Virus record (IMG/VR): IMGVR_UViG_3300013372_003978
Span: 1 to 64,000 of that record
Length of the DNA stretch: 64,000 nucleotides
Strand: one strand, 5' to 3'
Source: a virus
Positions 32,510-42,466 of the stretch are shown here, one piece after another; the stretch's first letter is position 1, and the number at the start of each line of letters is the position of its first letter. The notes beneath the pieces are model-generated. The model made no database searches, was not told where the DNA came from, and worked only from the letters and a program-made list of their open reading frames with translations. Position numbers and translations under genes: made by a program.

Positions 32510-32756
32510 ATTTCCCAACCTTTTTAAGGTTATGTTTTTCCAAAAATTCTTTTGGACCCATAGCTTCAATAATTGTTAATTCTGCTGAATCCATAAGTTG
32601 TTTTGCTTTTTCATCAGTAACCGACATAACACATAATTTATGTGTTGCTGGCAACTCTCCAGTTGGTGATAAATCTATTTTTAAAATATTATCATTTTTC
32701 ATTTTTTCTCTTGCTTGAAGAACTTTACCTTCTTCACATAATATACAGATTCTCAT
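32487..32756 (-). CDS. Hypothetical protein (89 aa)
   Basis: ATG start, co-oriented, LSPTGELPATH.LC motif. Confidence 0.65.
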   Translation of the reverse strand: MRICILCEEGKVLQAREKMKNDNILKIDLSPTGELPATHKLCVMSVTDEKAKQLMDSAELTIIEAMGPKEFLEKHNLKKVGKYGRFENI

Positions 32757-32766
32757 ATTTTTGTTA

Positions 32767-35733
32767 TTATTGATTAATATTTGTTATTGTTAATATATCG
32801 TTTTCATCATAGAAAGATAATCTTTTATCACCACCTTGTCTTTCAAAAATTTGACATGTGTATTGTTCATATACTGATGGGTTAAGTCCAACACCAGTTA
32901 CTAATATTACAATATTATCATCAGGGATAGCACCACCAATAGAAGTACCTAATATTGTTATTGTATCACCAGTTACGTATAGTTTACCAGCATCGTTTAT
33001 AGTAACTCCAGTTACAGTACCACCTGAAACATCAATATTGAAAGTTCCATTAATACCTAAAGCGTTAGTTGTACCACCAATATCTGTATATAGGTTATCA
33101 GTTGCACCAGTTCCAATTGAAGTGTATGTAAATCCTGTTATGTTTCCGTAGTTTGGTGTAAAATCAGTAGTATTAATATTTGTGTTAACAACATTCCATT
33201 GGAAGTAATCACCTATTGTGTTGTTATAGAAATTATCAGGTATAGAATTATTATAAAAGTATTCACCTACTGTGTTTTCAGAAAAATTATTTCCTATTTT
33301 GTTACCTTGTGAATCACCATACCCAACACCAAAACCATCACCAGTAATATTATTATTAAACGAGCTCCCAATTTCATTATTCTGAAAATCATTAGCTATA
33401 GTGTTAGAATTAATATTTACTCCAAAAGTGTTATTGTAAAAGTTTAACCCTATATTATTGTTATAAAACTCACCCATCCATCTATTATTACCAACATCAC
33501 CTAAAAAGTCATTTGATAATGTATAACTGCCAATTTCATTGGTATAAACACTACCTGAAAATTGATTATCAACAACATAAGACTTAACATTATTCAACGA
33601 AAAATAGTTAAATATTAAATTACCTTTAAAATCGTTACCTATTATATTATCTTCAAAATCACTACCGTTGTTATTTTCTATGTAGATTGAATTCCATTCT
33701 GTCCCATAAGGTGACACATCTTCGTCCCAACTATTCTCTTCGGCAGTATTATAAATACCACCATTATTACCTCTTCTAATTTCAAGACTACCTTCAACAA
33801 TAACATCTATTTCTGAACCATAGTTTGTTTTTGTAAAATAAACGGTTGCTTCAGAAGTTGGATAAACTTTTGTTCTTTCGTATGAAAAACCACCACCATT
33901 ATTGTTTTGTGTCCATTGAGTAAATATAACTTTATGATATTCATCATTAACTGTATCGTGCATTATAAGCTCTTTCCCTAGAATAATGTTTGAATAGTTA
34001 TTATCTAACGAATTATTAAAAGTGTCATAGGTTCTACCAGTTAAATTTTCAATATTGGTATTATCCCAATTAAAATAATCAGTGTTACCTAAAGTATTGT
34101 TTTCAAAAAAGTTACCTATTTGGTTGTTTTTAAAATTATATGAAATATTATTATTATCTTCAAAATATTCACCAATTTGGTTATCTTGGAAATAATCACC
34201 AATCACATCATTGTGGTTAAAACCATTACCAATATGGTTACCGTAAAAATTATGACCTATGTTTTGGTTGTTGTTAAATCCATTACCTATAACGTTTTTA
34301 TAAAAATCACCATTAAGTATGTTATTATTAAATTGGTTACCAATTTGGTTATTTTGAAAATCTTGTTTAATAATATTTTCATAAAAATCATTTCCAATTC
34401 TATTTCTATAGAATTCAAAATTATCTAAATTACCAAAATCACCTATGGAATTATTATTAAAATCATTACCAATATTGTTATCATAAAAACCAGAATATAT
34501 TGTATTATTATAAAAATCATTACCAATTTTATTATTACCAAAATCAGTACTGTTTTCAGTTAATAATCTATTGCTATGAAAATTGTTTCCAATTTGGTTA
34601 TTATCCAAATTAAGATTTATAAGGTTTCCATAAAAATAATGACCAATAATACACGTATCAATATCATTTGTTGATACATTTTCGTAACAATAATCACCCC
34701 ATGTGTTGTTTTGATTATCAGTACCAAAAGTGTTATTGTAACAATAATCACCAAATTTATTGCTTTCATACTCACCTTCTAAAAACACATTATTGGCTAA
34801 TATAAAAGGTCCTGCTATATTTAGATAATTATTTGCAAAATTTCCTACATAATTGTTTTTAGCATAGTTTTCCCCTATTGCATGACCAAATGTTGTATAC
34901 TCAATAAAATCATTTGTTTTAACATTTGTTCTTTTATAACTGAAATAGTACTCACCACCATCGTTATTTTCACTAACAGCTAAATAAAATGCCGAACCAA
35001 GCCCAGTTGAACCTATTGTGTCACCAGAAACTGTCATAATTGTGTTACCAGATATACTAACTATTTCATAATAATTAGGAAAAGCGTTAGGTATGTAAAT
35101 AACATTACCAACGGTTAACGCTGTAAAAGATGTATTTACACCATTAACAATACCGTCATTTCCTAATTCTACAGTACCATTTAAACGTAGACCTTCTCTA
35201 TGTGTATACAAACGATATCTTTTAAATAAAATTGTTCTATGGTCGTAATCTGTTCTATTATTGAATTCATCAATTCTTTCTGTTATCCTACCATAAGCTA
35301 CTGAATTAGTAACTTCAGTCGCACTAAAAGTCCAATCATACTGAATCTTATCGTTAGGATACAATGGTTGATAAGCATTTATAGAAATTGTCGATATGCT
35401 AGTGGCAAAAACTATAATAGGTTCAACATTCCCTTGCTTAGTATTACCAGTAGTTATTGGATTATTTTCGATATCAAAATCTGGTTGGTCATAACATGTT
35501 TTAAAATCAGTTATCATATAAAAACTACCAGTACTTAAACCGCTAGTACTTATAGTACTCACTAAACCTGTGTATGTTAAATTTGTTATGTCACCACCAC
35601 CACCATGGATTTGACCGTTTTCATCTTTTGCTTTGATGTTAAAATCACTTAAATCAATAAATAGATTTGACCCACCAGCTACTGGTGTTGGGACTTGTGA
35701 TGCGTTTTGACCTTGAAATTGAATATATTGCAT
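32767..35733 (-). CDS. Asn-rich beta-helix tailspike-like protein (988 aa)
   Basis: Many ~9-aa F..N.IG(N) repeats, N-terminal L..GS.Y.ITDF motif, and C-terminal GG.VTGVTI..AG..Y..GDTITI fibre motif. Confidence 0.75.
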   Translation of the reverse strand: MQYIQFQGQNASQVPTPVAGGSNLFIDLSDFNIKAKDENGQIHGGGGDITNLTYTGLVSTISTSGLSTGSFYMITDFKTCYDQPDFDIENNPITTGNTKQGNVEPIIVFATSISTISINAYQPLYPNDKIQYDWTFSATEVTNSVAYGRITERIDEFNNRTDYDHRTILFKRYRLYTHREGLRLNGTVELGNDGIVNGVNTSFTALTVGNVIYIPNAFPNYYEIVSISGNTIMTVSGDTIGSTGLGSAFYLAVSENNDGGEYYFSYKRTNVKTNDFIEYTTFGHAIGENYAKNNYVGNFANNYLNIAGPFILANNVFLEGEYESNKFGDYCYNNTFGTDNQNNTWGDYCYENVSTNDIDTCIIGHYFYGNLINLNLDNNQIGNNFHSNRLLTENSTDFGNNKIGNDFYNNTIYSGFYDNNIGNDFNNNSIGDFGNLDNFEFYRNRIGNDFYENIIKQDFQNNQIGNQFNNNILNGDFYKNVIGNGFNNNQNIGHNFYGNHIGNGFNHNDVIGDYFQDNQIGEYFEDNNNISYNFKNNQIGNFFENNTLGNTDYFNWDNTNIENLTGRTYDTFNNSLDNNYSNIILGKELIMHDTVNDEYHKVIFTQWTQNNNGGGFSYERTKVYPTSEATVYFTKTNYGSEIDVIVEGSLEIRRGNNGGIYNTAEENSWDEDVSPYGTEWNSIYIENNNGSDFEDNIIGNDFKGNLIFNYFSLNNVKSYVVDNQFSGSVYTNEIGSYTLSNDFLGDVGNNRWMGEFYNNNIGLNFYNNTFGVNINSNTIANDFQNNEIGSSFNNNITGDGFGVGYGDSQGNKIGNNFSENTVGEYFYNNSIPDNFYNNTIGDYFQWNVVNTNINTTDFTPNYGNITGFTYTSIGTGATDNLYTDIGGTTNALGINGTFNIDVSGGTVTGVTINDAGKLYVTGDTITILGTSIGGAIPDDNIVILVTGVGLNPSVYEQYTCQIFERQGGDKRLSFYDENDILTITNINQ

Positions 35734-35737
35734 AGTT

Positions 35738-36361
35738 TTAAATTATAATACCTGTACCTGTTATTGTTGAGTTTCCATTAAATATTACTGCACCAGCAAC
35801 ATTAATTAAACCATCATTTGTTATGTTGCTATCTTTTAGTAATAAATTACCACCGATAAATATTTGTGAAAATTTGTTAAATGTTAAATCACCTATTGTT
35901 ATAGGTGTACCTGTTTGTAATACTAAATCAGTATCTACTAAAACATAATCACCTGAAATTAAAATAGTTTCATCACTTTTTAAAATCTTATTTTGATTTT
36001 CTTCCCAATGTTTTACGTTAGTTGTAAAACCACTAACTTCAATTGAATTACCGTATGAATTAATAAGAGTAGCAATACCAGTATTGTTATTGTATGTACC
36101 ACCAGTTAATCCTGGGTTAGTTGTATAACCACTAATTTCGATTGAATTACCATCTGAATTATTAAGTGTGGTAATACCAGTATTGTTATCGTATGTACCA
36201 CCAGTTAATGATGGGTTAGTAGTATCAATATATGGGGTAATAAAATCAGTTAAACCACTTAACGTCATTTGTTTTGTTTCTCCACTATTTACAATAGGAA
36301 ATACATCACTTAGTGATGGATTATTATTGTATTCAAATGCGGTTATCTTTTTATTAGACAT
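35738..36361 (-). CDS. Virion protein with duplicated LTGGTY repeat (207 aa)
   Basis: MSNKKIT..F...D.FPIV..GETKQ.T N-terminus. The TNP.LTGGTY.NNTGI.TL.NS.GNSIE.SG.TT unit occurs twice (~36020-36225). Confidence 0.75.
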   Translation of the reverse strand: MSNKKITAFEYNNNPSLSDVFPIVNSGETKQMTLSGLTDFITPYIDTTNPSLTGGTYDNNTGITTLNNSDGNSIEISGYTTNPGLTGGTYNNNTGIATLINSYGNSIEVSGFTTNVKHWEENQNKILKSDETILISGDYVLVDTDLVLQTGTPITIGDLTFNKFSQIFIGGNLLLKDSNITNDGLINVAGAVIFNGNSTITGTGIII

Positions 36362-36372
36362 GGTTAGATTTG

Positions 36373-36386
36373 TTTATAATAAATAT
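36373..36386 (-). promoter_or_regulatory. Putative late promoter motif
   Basis: Minus strand ATATTTATTATAAA 11 nt upstream of the ATG at 36361. Confidence 0.55.
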
Positions 36387-36432
36387 GTTATTTAATAATA
36401 AAATTACTTTAAATATGATTAATTTTAAAATA

Positions 36433-38298
36433 TTACCAATTTATTCCGTAACCATCTTGTTGTAATATAAAATATGTGTTTTCTTGTAGTATTAAATTAT
36501 CATCTATAAACCCATATTTATTAGCTTCAGCCGCATAAGCATTTTGAATTTGACATAAAGACATATCACAAATATTAAATTTAAATTGTGATATACCACC
36601 GATAAAACTACCAGCAAAATTTGTTTCGATTGGTAATCCTCTATCTGATAAATCCAAACCTCCAAATGTTTGACTTTCTATCAACCCTTGACTACCACCA
36701 CCTAAACTAAAATTAAATGGAACACCAACTTGTTTAGCTTTATATTCATCAAGTCTTTTACCAATAAACTCTGGGAAATTATATACAGTAAATTTTAACA
36801 TACCATTAATATAAAACTTAAGTTTGCCGTTTCTAGGTTTTGCTAATTTTAAATCACATTCTGATTTATTATCTGCAACATATTTAATCACTATATTATA
36901 CCAATATCTAGGGTCAATTAAATTAGGTATTGAATAAGCTTCATGAACTGTAGCCCCAGTTATGTATTTTCTATCAGCACCATTCGTTATACACGTACCT
37001 GTAACTGTTAATAATCTATATCCAATACTACCATCGGGTTTAATTCTAAAACCTAATGCGTTATCAATTATATCAATATTATAATCAATACTAGTTTCAG
37101 GTGTATTGCGGCCACTAAATGAATAAACGGTTTCATTACCTAAATTATCACCAACACTACCACAAAATGTGGTATTACCACTTGAGGCTCTACCATAAAT
37201 TAAAAATGGATTTTGTTCATTGGTTAATTTTTTTCTAACATTAGCAACTGGAATACCACCACCATTATAAGTATATACTGTTTGAGCACCTAATCCATCA
37301 AGACTATTACCACAACCATTATATACATTATAAACATTTGGTGTTGAACCACTAGTATATATAAGATTAGAATTAATACCACTTAAAGGACTTGGTGAAG
37401 CATCATATGCTCTACCATATATTAAGAATTCATTCGTGATTAAATCAATATCAGTTCTTGGTGGGTCTAACGAAATACCAAGACCATAATCACCAGCAAT
37501 GATAATTTCATCTTCTTTTGGTATTGTACACCATTCACTTACAGTTTCACCACTAGTACAACCACTTGTGTTACAATCAATGGTACAACCAGTATCAGAA
37601 CCTTCCCATTTATTCCAAAATTTATTTTCAGCACGAGTACCCATATAAAAGAAAAAACCACTATTATTTGGGTGCGTATCATTAAGTATTGTATCACCTG
37701 CTGTTGCAAATTGTTTTGTAGTTAACCAAAATTCAGCTACCCACGCATGATTAACTCTAGTTGGTAAAATTTGATAATTTGAACCATCAATTTTATAATA
37801 TCCTTGATAAAAACCACCATAAAGGCTAAGAAAATTTTGAATTAAAGGTGTTGTTATGTCTAGAATAATTTCATGTGGGTATACATAATTACCTGTTGTA
37901 CCTGTTACCATGTGCATATAAAATCTATTATCATTAGCTGGTATAGTCAATGTAGAACCTGTCAATGCCGACAATAAATCTAAATTTAATTTATCGTCAG
38001 GGTCTTTATCAAAAGTTATTAAACCATTGTCAATACCTGTTAAACCAATAGTGTCAAAAGTATAACCAGTATTTACCGAACCATTCCAAGTTACAAGGCT
38101 ATAAATATTATTTGACTCATTATTATTATATATGTTTGAATTATTAAAATCGTACCATACAACAAAACAATCACCTGAAGATAATGGCCCACAATAAGGT
38201 GCAGGACCTTCATCGTTAGCTAAATAAAAATCCCAATAATCACTGTTTGATAATTTTAGGTTTAGTTTATTAAAGTTAAAATTTTTAATATTTCCCAT
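36433..38298 (-). CDS. Large structural protein with split LamG-like fold (621 aa)
   Basis: WVAEFWL, WYNIVIKY, GKLKFYING, FSLGGG and F.GGISQF motifs; C-terminal LILQE...ILQ motif. Confidence 0.65.
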   Translation of the reverse strand: MGNIKNFNFNKLNLKLSNSDYWDFYLANDEGPAPYCGPLSSGDCFVVWYDFNNSNIYNNNESNNIYSLVTWNGSVNTGYTFDTIGLTGIDNGLITFDKDPDDKLNLDLLSALTGSTLTIPANDNRFYMHMVTGTTGNYVYPHEIILDITTPLIQNFLSLYGGFYQGYYKIDGSNYQILPTRVNHAWVAEFWLTTKQFATAGDTILNDTHPNNSGFFFYMGTRAENKFWNKWEGSDTGCTIDCNTSGCTSGETVSEWCTIPKEDEIIIAGDYGLGISLDPPRTDIDLITNEFLIYGRAYDASPSPLSGINSNLIYTSGSTPNVYNVYNGCGNSLDGLGAQTVYTYNGGGIPVANVRKKLTNEQNPFLIYGRASSGNTTFCGSVGDNLGNETVYSFSGRNTPETSIDYNIDIIDNALGFRIKPDGSIGYRLLTVTGTCITNGADRKYITGATVHEAYSIPNLIDPRYWYNIVIKYVADNKSECDLKLAKPRNGKLKFYINGMLKFTVYNFPEFIGKRLDEYKAKQVGVPFNFSLGGGSQGLIESQTFGGLDLSDRGLPIETNFAGSFIGGISQFKFNICDMSLCQIQNAYAAEANKYGFIDDNLILQENTYFILQQDGYGINW

Positions 38299-38300
38299 AG

Positions 38301-41051
38301 TTAAAAGCTTTCTAAATTAGTACGTTTCCATCCTGTACTACTTTTAATATATAAATAGTCATCATCTCTAGTAACGTTACCTAAATTTCCATTGATATCT
38401 GTTGAACCGCTTGGAGTGTAATTAGGCATTGTAATTTTATTTGGTATAAAATCATTATTTGTTGTCCAATTTCCATTCTCATCAGTAATTAACTCCGCAC
38501 CTAAATCAAGACCCATTGCGTGTAATACAGTAATACCACCACCCAAAGCAGTTGTTATATTTCCATTATGATTTAAATCAATATTGTTATCTTCAGCTAA
38601 TATTGTTTGTGTTTGTAAATTTCCAACTAAAGTTGTACCACTAGTTAATTCTTTTATTGCTTCTACTAATAAAGCAACAGTGTTTTCATAATGAACACCC
38701 ATATATTTTTCTGGTGAATTATTATTAACAAACGTTAATTCAGGGACAATACTTTCAACTTCTTGAGCAATAAACCCAATTCTAGTAGGACCATCTCCAT
38801 CAATCCAATCATAACTTACACCTCTAAGTTGTTTAACTTTATCTAAAGCATTTGTTAGCGTTTCAATATTATGTTTTAATCTAATATCAGAAGTATTTGT
38901 TGTTAAAACACCACTAGAAGTATAATATAAAGCACCAGCTGATGTTGCAGCACCAATTGTTCTAATCCTTGCGTTTCCAGATACATCCAATGATTCTGTA
39001 GGTGTAACCACATTAATACCAATTTTACCTGTTGTTTGTGCAGATATACTTGGATTACCTACTATTGTTGAATATGTATTTATTCCAAATAATACTCCAC
39101 CTATATTCATTGAATCTGTTGTTCCAGCAGATAACGATATATTTGTTCCTATTATTATATTATTTGAACCAAGGCTACCTAATACAGTAGCATTACCAAC
39201 ATTATATCCAAATAAATTTGAATTACTTGCATTTGTTGCTTGATAACCAGCATAATATCCAAATAAATTTGACCTACTTGCACCTGTTGCTTGATAACCA
39301 GCTCTAAGACCCAAGAAATTTGAATTAAATGCGTCTGTTGCATAAGCACCAGCATTACCACCAAAGAAATTTGAATATTGTGCGTTTTTCCCATCTTGAC
39401 CAGCACCAGAACCTATGAAATTTGAATTAGAACTACCTGTTGCGTTCCAACCAGCATAAGAACCCAAAAAATTTGAATTAAAAGCGTTATTCGCTCCATT
39501 ACCAGCCCAATAACCCATGAAATTTGAAGCACTAGCATTTATTGCATCTTGACCAGCATTTTGACCTAAGAAATTTGAACCTTGGGCATCCGTTGCACCG
39601 TAACCAGCATTTTGACCTAAAAAATTTGAACGTTGGGCATTTGTTGCTTGATAACCAGCACTATTTCCAAAGAAATTTGAGTTGTTTGAACCAGATGCTT
39701 GATAACCAGCATTAACCCCAAATAAATTTGAATATGTTAATCCAGTCGCATCTTGACCACTCCCAATTAATCCAGTTGAAAATAAACTATTTGTATTTAT
39801 AATAGTTATAGGTGAACTAGAACCTATTATTACCCTTCCACTTGAATCGAAACCTAAATTGTTTATGCTAGTTCCACTTACAAGTGTTTTAATATTTAAT
39901 TGGTCAACGTATGTTGTGTCTGCAACCAAACCAGTTATATTTGCACCTAAAACAATTGTATTACTACCACCAGCAACTGAATAATAACCATGAACAAATG
40001 AAGTAGTTCCAGATGCTGTACTATTATTACCACCAGCATGTGAACTAGTATTCATAGCTCTTGTACTTAAACCTTCAGCATGAGAATAATCACCACCTGC
40101 TATTGTTTCAAATCCTTCAGCATGCGATGTACTACCACTTGCAATACTATAACCTTCAGCATGACTAATACCACCACTTGCAATTGAATCAGCACCTTCA
40201 GCGTGACTATATAAACCACTAGATATTGTTTGATAACCTTCAGCATGTGAAAAACCACCAGAAGCTAATGTACGAATACCTTCAGCATGGTCACCATTTG
40301 TTGTTGCTGATGTAGCATTACCTTCAGCATGTGAATAATCACCAATTGCGTAAGTACCAGAACCCTCAGCCACAGAAAAACTACCACTAGCAACACTAGT
40401 ACCTCCATTTAATGTTGCCGAATTAGGTCCAGTACTAAATACCCAAACAGGTGTTCCGCTCCAACCACCTTTACCTTCAGAATCAACACATACCCATGAA
40501 TTTCCAATTATTGGATTATTTGTAATTATAAGGTCTTGTGTTCTAGTTATACCAGAAACATCATTCCATATTGTTCTACCAGTAAAATCTAGAGTTGAAG
40601 CTGATAAAAAATCAAGTATTTCAGTTTGAACATTCCCAACATAATTTCCACCACCTAAATCAATAAAGCTAAGAGGTGTTATATCAAAAGAAACCCCACT
40701 ATATGCTGACGCAACAATATTACCATCAACTGTTATATAAGATGATGGTACAAAAGCTAAAGCATTTTGTGTAATTCCAGAATTTGATGGTGTAATAGCT
40801 GATAAACTATTAATTGCAATATTCATATCTGGATTATACCACGAATAAACAGTTGTTGCTGAATTACCTGAAAATGTACTTAATACTGTTGATGAACTAT
40901 ATGTAATACCTGTAGTCACTAAATTAGGACCTGTTGGTAATGAGCTAAATGGCACACCAAATGAGGTACCACCAGATAAAACAGTAAATGTTTCTATGCG
41001 TTGTTTAACTTGTCTGTTACTTGAAAAGTCTAATTTTGTTCTAAATGCCAT
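38301..41051 (-). CDS. Tail fibre with YadA-like SHAEG repeats, a 17-aa repeat array and an internal peptidase S74 chaperone domain
   Basis: ~14-aa SHAEG..T.A.G repeats, ~11 SNFxG repeats, and TSDIRLKHNI...LRGVSYDW...GFIAQEVE...V.YE...LLVEAIKEL. Confidence 0.88.
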   Translation of the reverse strand: MAFRTKLDFSSNRQVKQRIETFTVLSGGTSFGVPFSSLPTGPNLVTTGITYSSSTVLSTFSGNSATTVYSWYNPDMNIAINSLSAITPSNSGITQNALAFVPSSYITVDGNIVASAYSGVSFDITPLSFIDLGGGNYVGNVQTEILDFLSASTLDFTGRTIWNDVSGITRTQDLIITNNPIIGNSWVCVDSEGKGGWSGTPVWVFSTGPNSATLNGGTSVASGSFSVAEGSGTYAIGDYSHAEGNATSATTNGDHAEGIRTLASGGFSHAEGYQTISSGLYSHAEGADSIASGGISHAEGYSIASGSTSHAEGFETIAGGDYSHAEGLSTRAMNTSSHAGGNNSTASGTTSFVHGYYSVAGGSNTIVLGANITGLVADTTYVDQLNIKTLVSGTSINNLGFDSSGRVIIGSSSPITIINTNSLFSTGLIGSGQDATGLTYSNLFGVNAGYQASGSNNSNFFGNSAGYQATNAQRSNFLGQNAGYGATDAQGSNFLGQNAGQDAINASASNFMGYWAGNGANNAFNSNFLGSYAGWNATGSSNSNFIGSGAGQDGKNAQYSNFFGGNAGAYATDAFNSNFLGLRAGYQATGASRSNLFGYYAGYQATNASNSNLFGYNVGNATVLGSLGSNNIIIGTNISLSAGTTDSMNIGGVLFGINTYSTIVGNPSISAQTTGKIGINVVTPTESLDVSGNARIRTIGAATSAGALYYTSSGVLTTNTSDIRLKHNIETLTNALDKVKQLRGVSYDWIDGDGPTRIGFIAQEVESIVPELTFVNNNSPEKYMGVHYENTVALLVEAIKELTSGTTLVGNLQTQTILAEDNNIDLNHNGNITTALGGGITVLHAMGLDLGAELITDENGNWTTNNDFIPNKITMPNYTPSGSTDINGNLGNVTRDDDYLYIKSSTGWKRTNLESF
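39170..39765 (-). repeat. Array 4 of 17-aa repeats (~11 units)
   Basis: Counted from the translation. Confidence 0.93.
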
Positions 41052-41061
41052 AATTTAATAG

Positions 41062-41105
41062 TTTTATTATAAATATTCTAACTTTCCATTATATTTATAA
41101 TAAAA
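41062..41105. promoter_or_regulatory. Divergent pair of putative late promoters (perfect 15-bp inverted repeat)
   Basis: TTTTATTATAAATAT (41062-76) and ATATTTATAATAAAA (41091-105) between divergent genes. Confidence 0.72.
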
Positions 41106-41113
41106 GATAATTT

Positions 41114-41593
41114 ATGGCAACATTTAAAAAGAAAGATTTAAACGAACTAGTTGGTGGTGACATTAACTCTAGTGGTGGAGATAAAAATGCCGTTAGTAAT
41201 AGTGAAATAGAAACAGGTCCTGTTGATAATCAATGGGGTGATGATTCTTATTATGAAAAAGGTCAATCAACCACTACTGATAAGGTATTTGCTCGTTATA
41301 GACAAAATATCCCATGGTTTGCAGTGTATAGTTTTGGTGGTTCTCGTTCTGGTCGTGGTATAACGGCTGAAGGGGCTAAAACAATCATTACTAAAAAAAC
41401 AATGGAAGAAAGAATTGAAGACTTGGTTAAAAAAACTAAAACATCTGATGTAACTGACAAAAATTACAACCCTAAAGTTGCTAAATTAGTTGATACTATC
41501 AATGATAATGATTTGACTGAAAAACAAATGGAAGAATTAATTGCTGCTATTCAAGCAAAAAAAGCTAATCAAAATAAAACAAAAAACATTTAA
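41114..41593 (+). CDS. Hypothetical protein (159 aa), possible head-internal protein
   Basis: Follows the late motif; hydrophilic, with an LNE motif near the N-terminus. Confidence 0.7.
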   Translation: MATFKKKDLNELVGGDINSSGGDKNAVSNSEIETGPVDNQWGDDSYYEKGQSTTTDKVFARYRQNIPWFAVYSFGGSRSGRGITAEGAKTIITKKTMEERIEDLVKKTKTSDVTDKNYNPKVAKLVDTINDNDLTEKQMEELIAAIQAKKANQNKTKNI

Positions 41594-41595
41594 TT

Positions 41596-42075
41596 ATGAA
41601 TTCACAAATAAAAGATAAAAATTTGACGGATTCTGGTGATAATACTAAATCTCATCAGGCATATGCTCAAGAATTATCTAGACTTAAAGGTCCAAAACAA
41701 CTTTGTGATAATACAGATAATTCTGGTGCTGGATGTTTAGCAACGCAAAAAAGATACAATGAAATTGAACATTTGGTCGGACATGCACGTGATGTGAATT
41801 ATAATAAGAAAAAAATAGGTATGGACACTGGGGCTGAAAATCAATTTCAAAAACCCAAAGACCCCACTGAAGTAGGTTTAGCTAAAGTAACAAAAAGTGC
41901 TGACCATTCTGGTTCTAGTGTTAAAGATAAAATAATGGGCACTCGTCAAATTAATAAAACAAAAGAAAGACAAGATAAAATAATTAAAAATCCTAAGTCT
42001 TTATCTGAAGAAATTTCATCAATGAGATATTTAATAGAATACATGGATAACAATAACAAAAAACAAATATTATAA
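41596..42075 (+). CDS. Hypothetical protein (159 aa)
   Basis: Tightly packed ORF with a C-terminal LSEEI..MRYLIEY motif. Confidence 0.7.
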   Translation: MNSQIKDKNLTDSGDNTKSHQAYAQELSRLKGPKQLCDNTDNSGAGCLATQKRYNEIEHLVGHARDVNYNKKKIGMDTGAENQFQKPKDPTEVGLAKVTKSADHSGSSVKDKIMGTRQINKTKERQDKIIKNPKSLSEEISSMRYLIEYMDNNNKKQIL

Positions 42076-42078
42076 ATT

Positions 42079-42456
42079 ATGCCAACAAATTACAACGGTG
42101 GTCAGTCACCATTAGAAGCTGCAGCAATTGCACAAAGAGATTTTCTTATCCCAAAAAATACTTACAATAACTATGCAAACGCTAATGAATATGGTTCAAA
42201 ACATACTAGAGCTTTATCAGATACTAACACACCAATATACGGTAAAGGTTCTGGTCAATTCTTAGACATATACAATTATGGTGGTGTTGGTGGTGACTGG
42301 GATATTCATGGTAACCAAGCTAATTCAATTGGTTCAGGTAGAAATCCAGAACTTATACTTAATGCTAGTACTTGGGGTTACGGCCCATCTCAAGTAGCTG
42401 GTAGTGATTATACAGCCCCTAATACATCATTGAATAAAGGTCAAGTAATTATCTAA
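42079..42456 (+). CDS. Hypothetical virion protein (125 aa)
   Basis: G/N/Y-rich ORF in the putative late operon. Confidence 0.7.
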   Translation: MPTNYNGGQSPLEAAAIAQRDFLIPKNTYNNYANANEYGSKHTRALSDTNTPIYGKGSGQFLDIYNYGGVGGDWDIHGNQANSIGSGRNPELILNASTWGYGPSQVAGSDYTAPNTSLNKGQVII

Positions 42457-42466
42457 AAAATAATAA

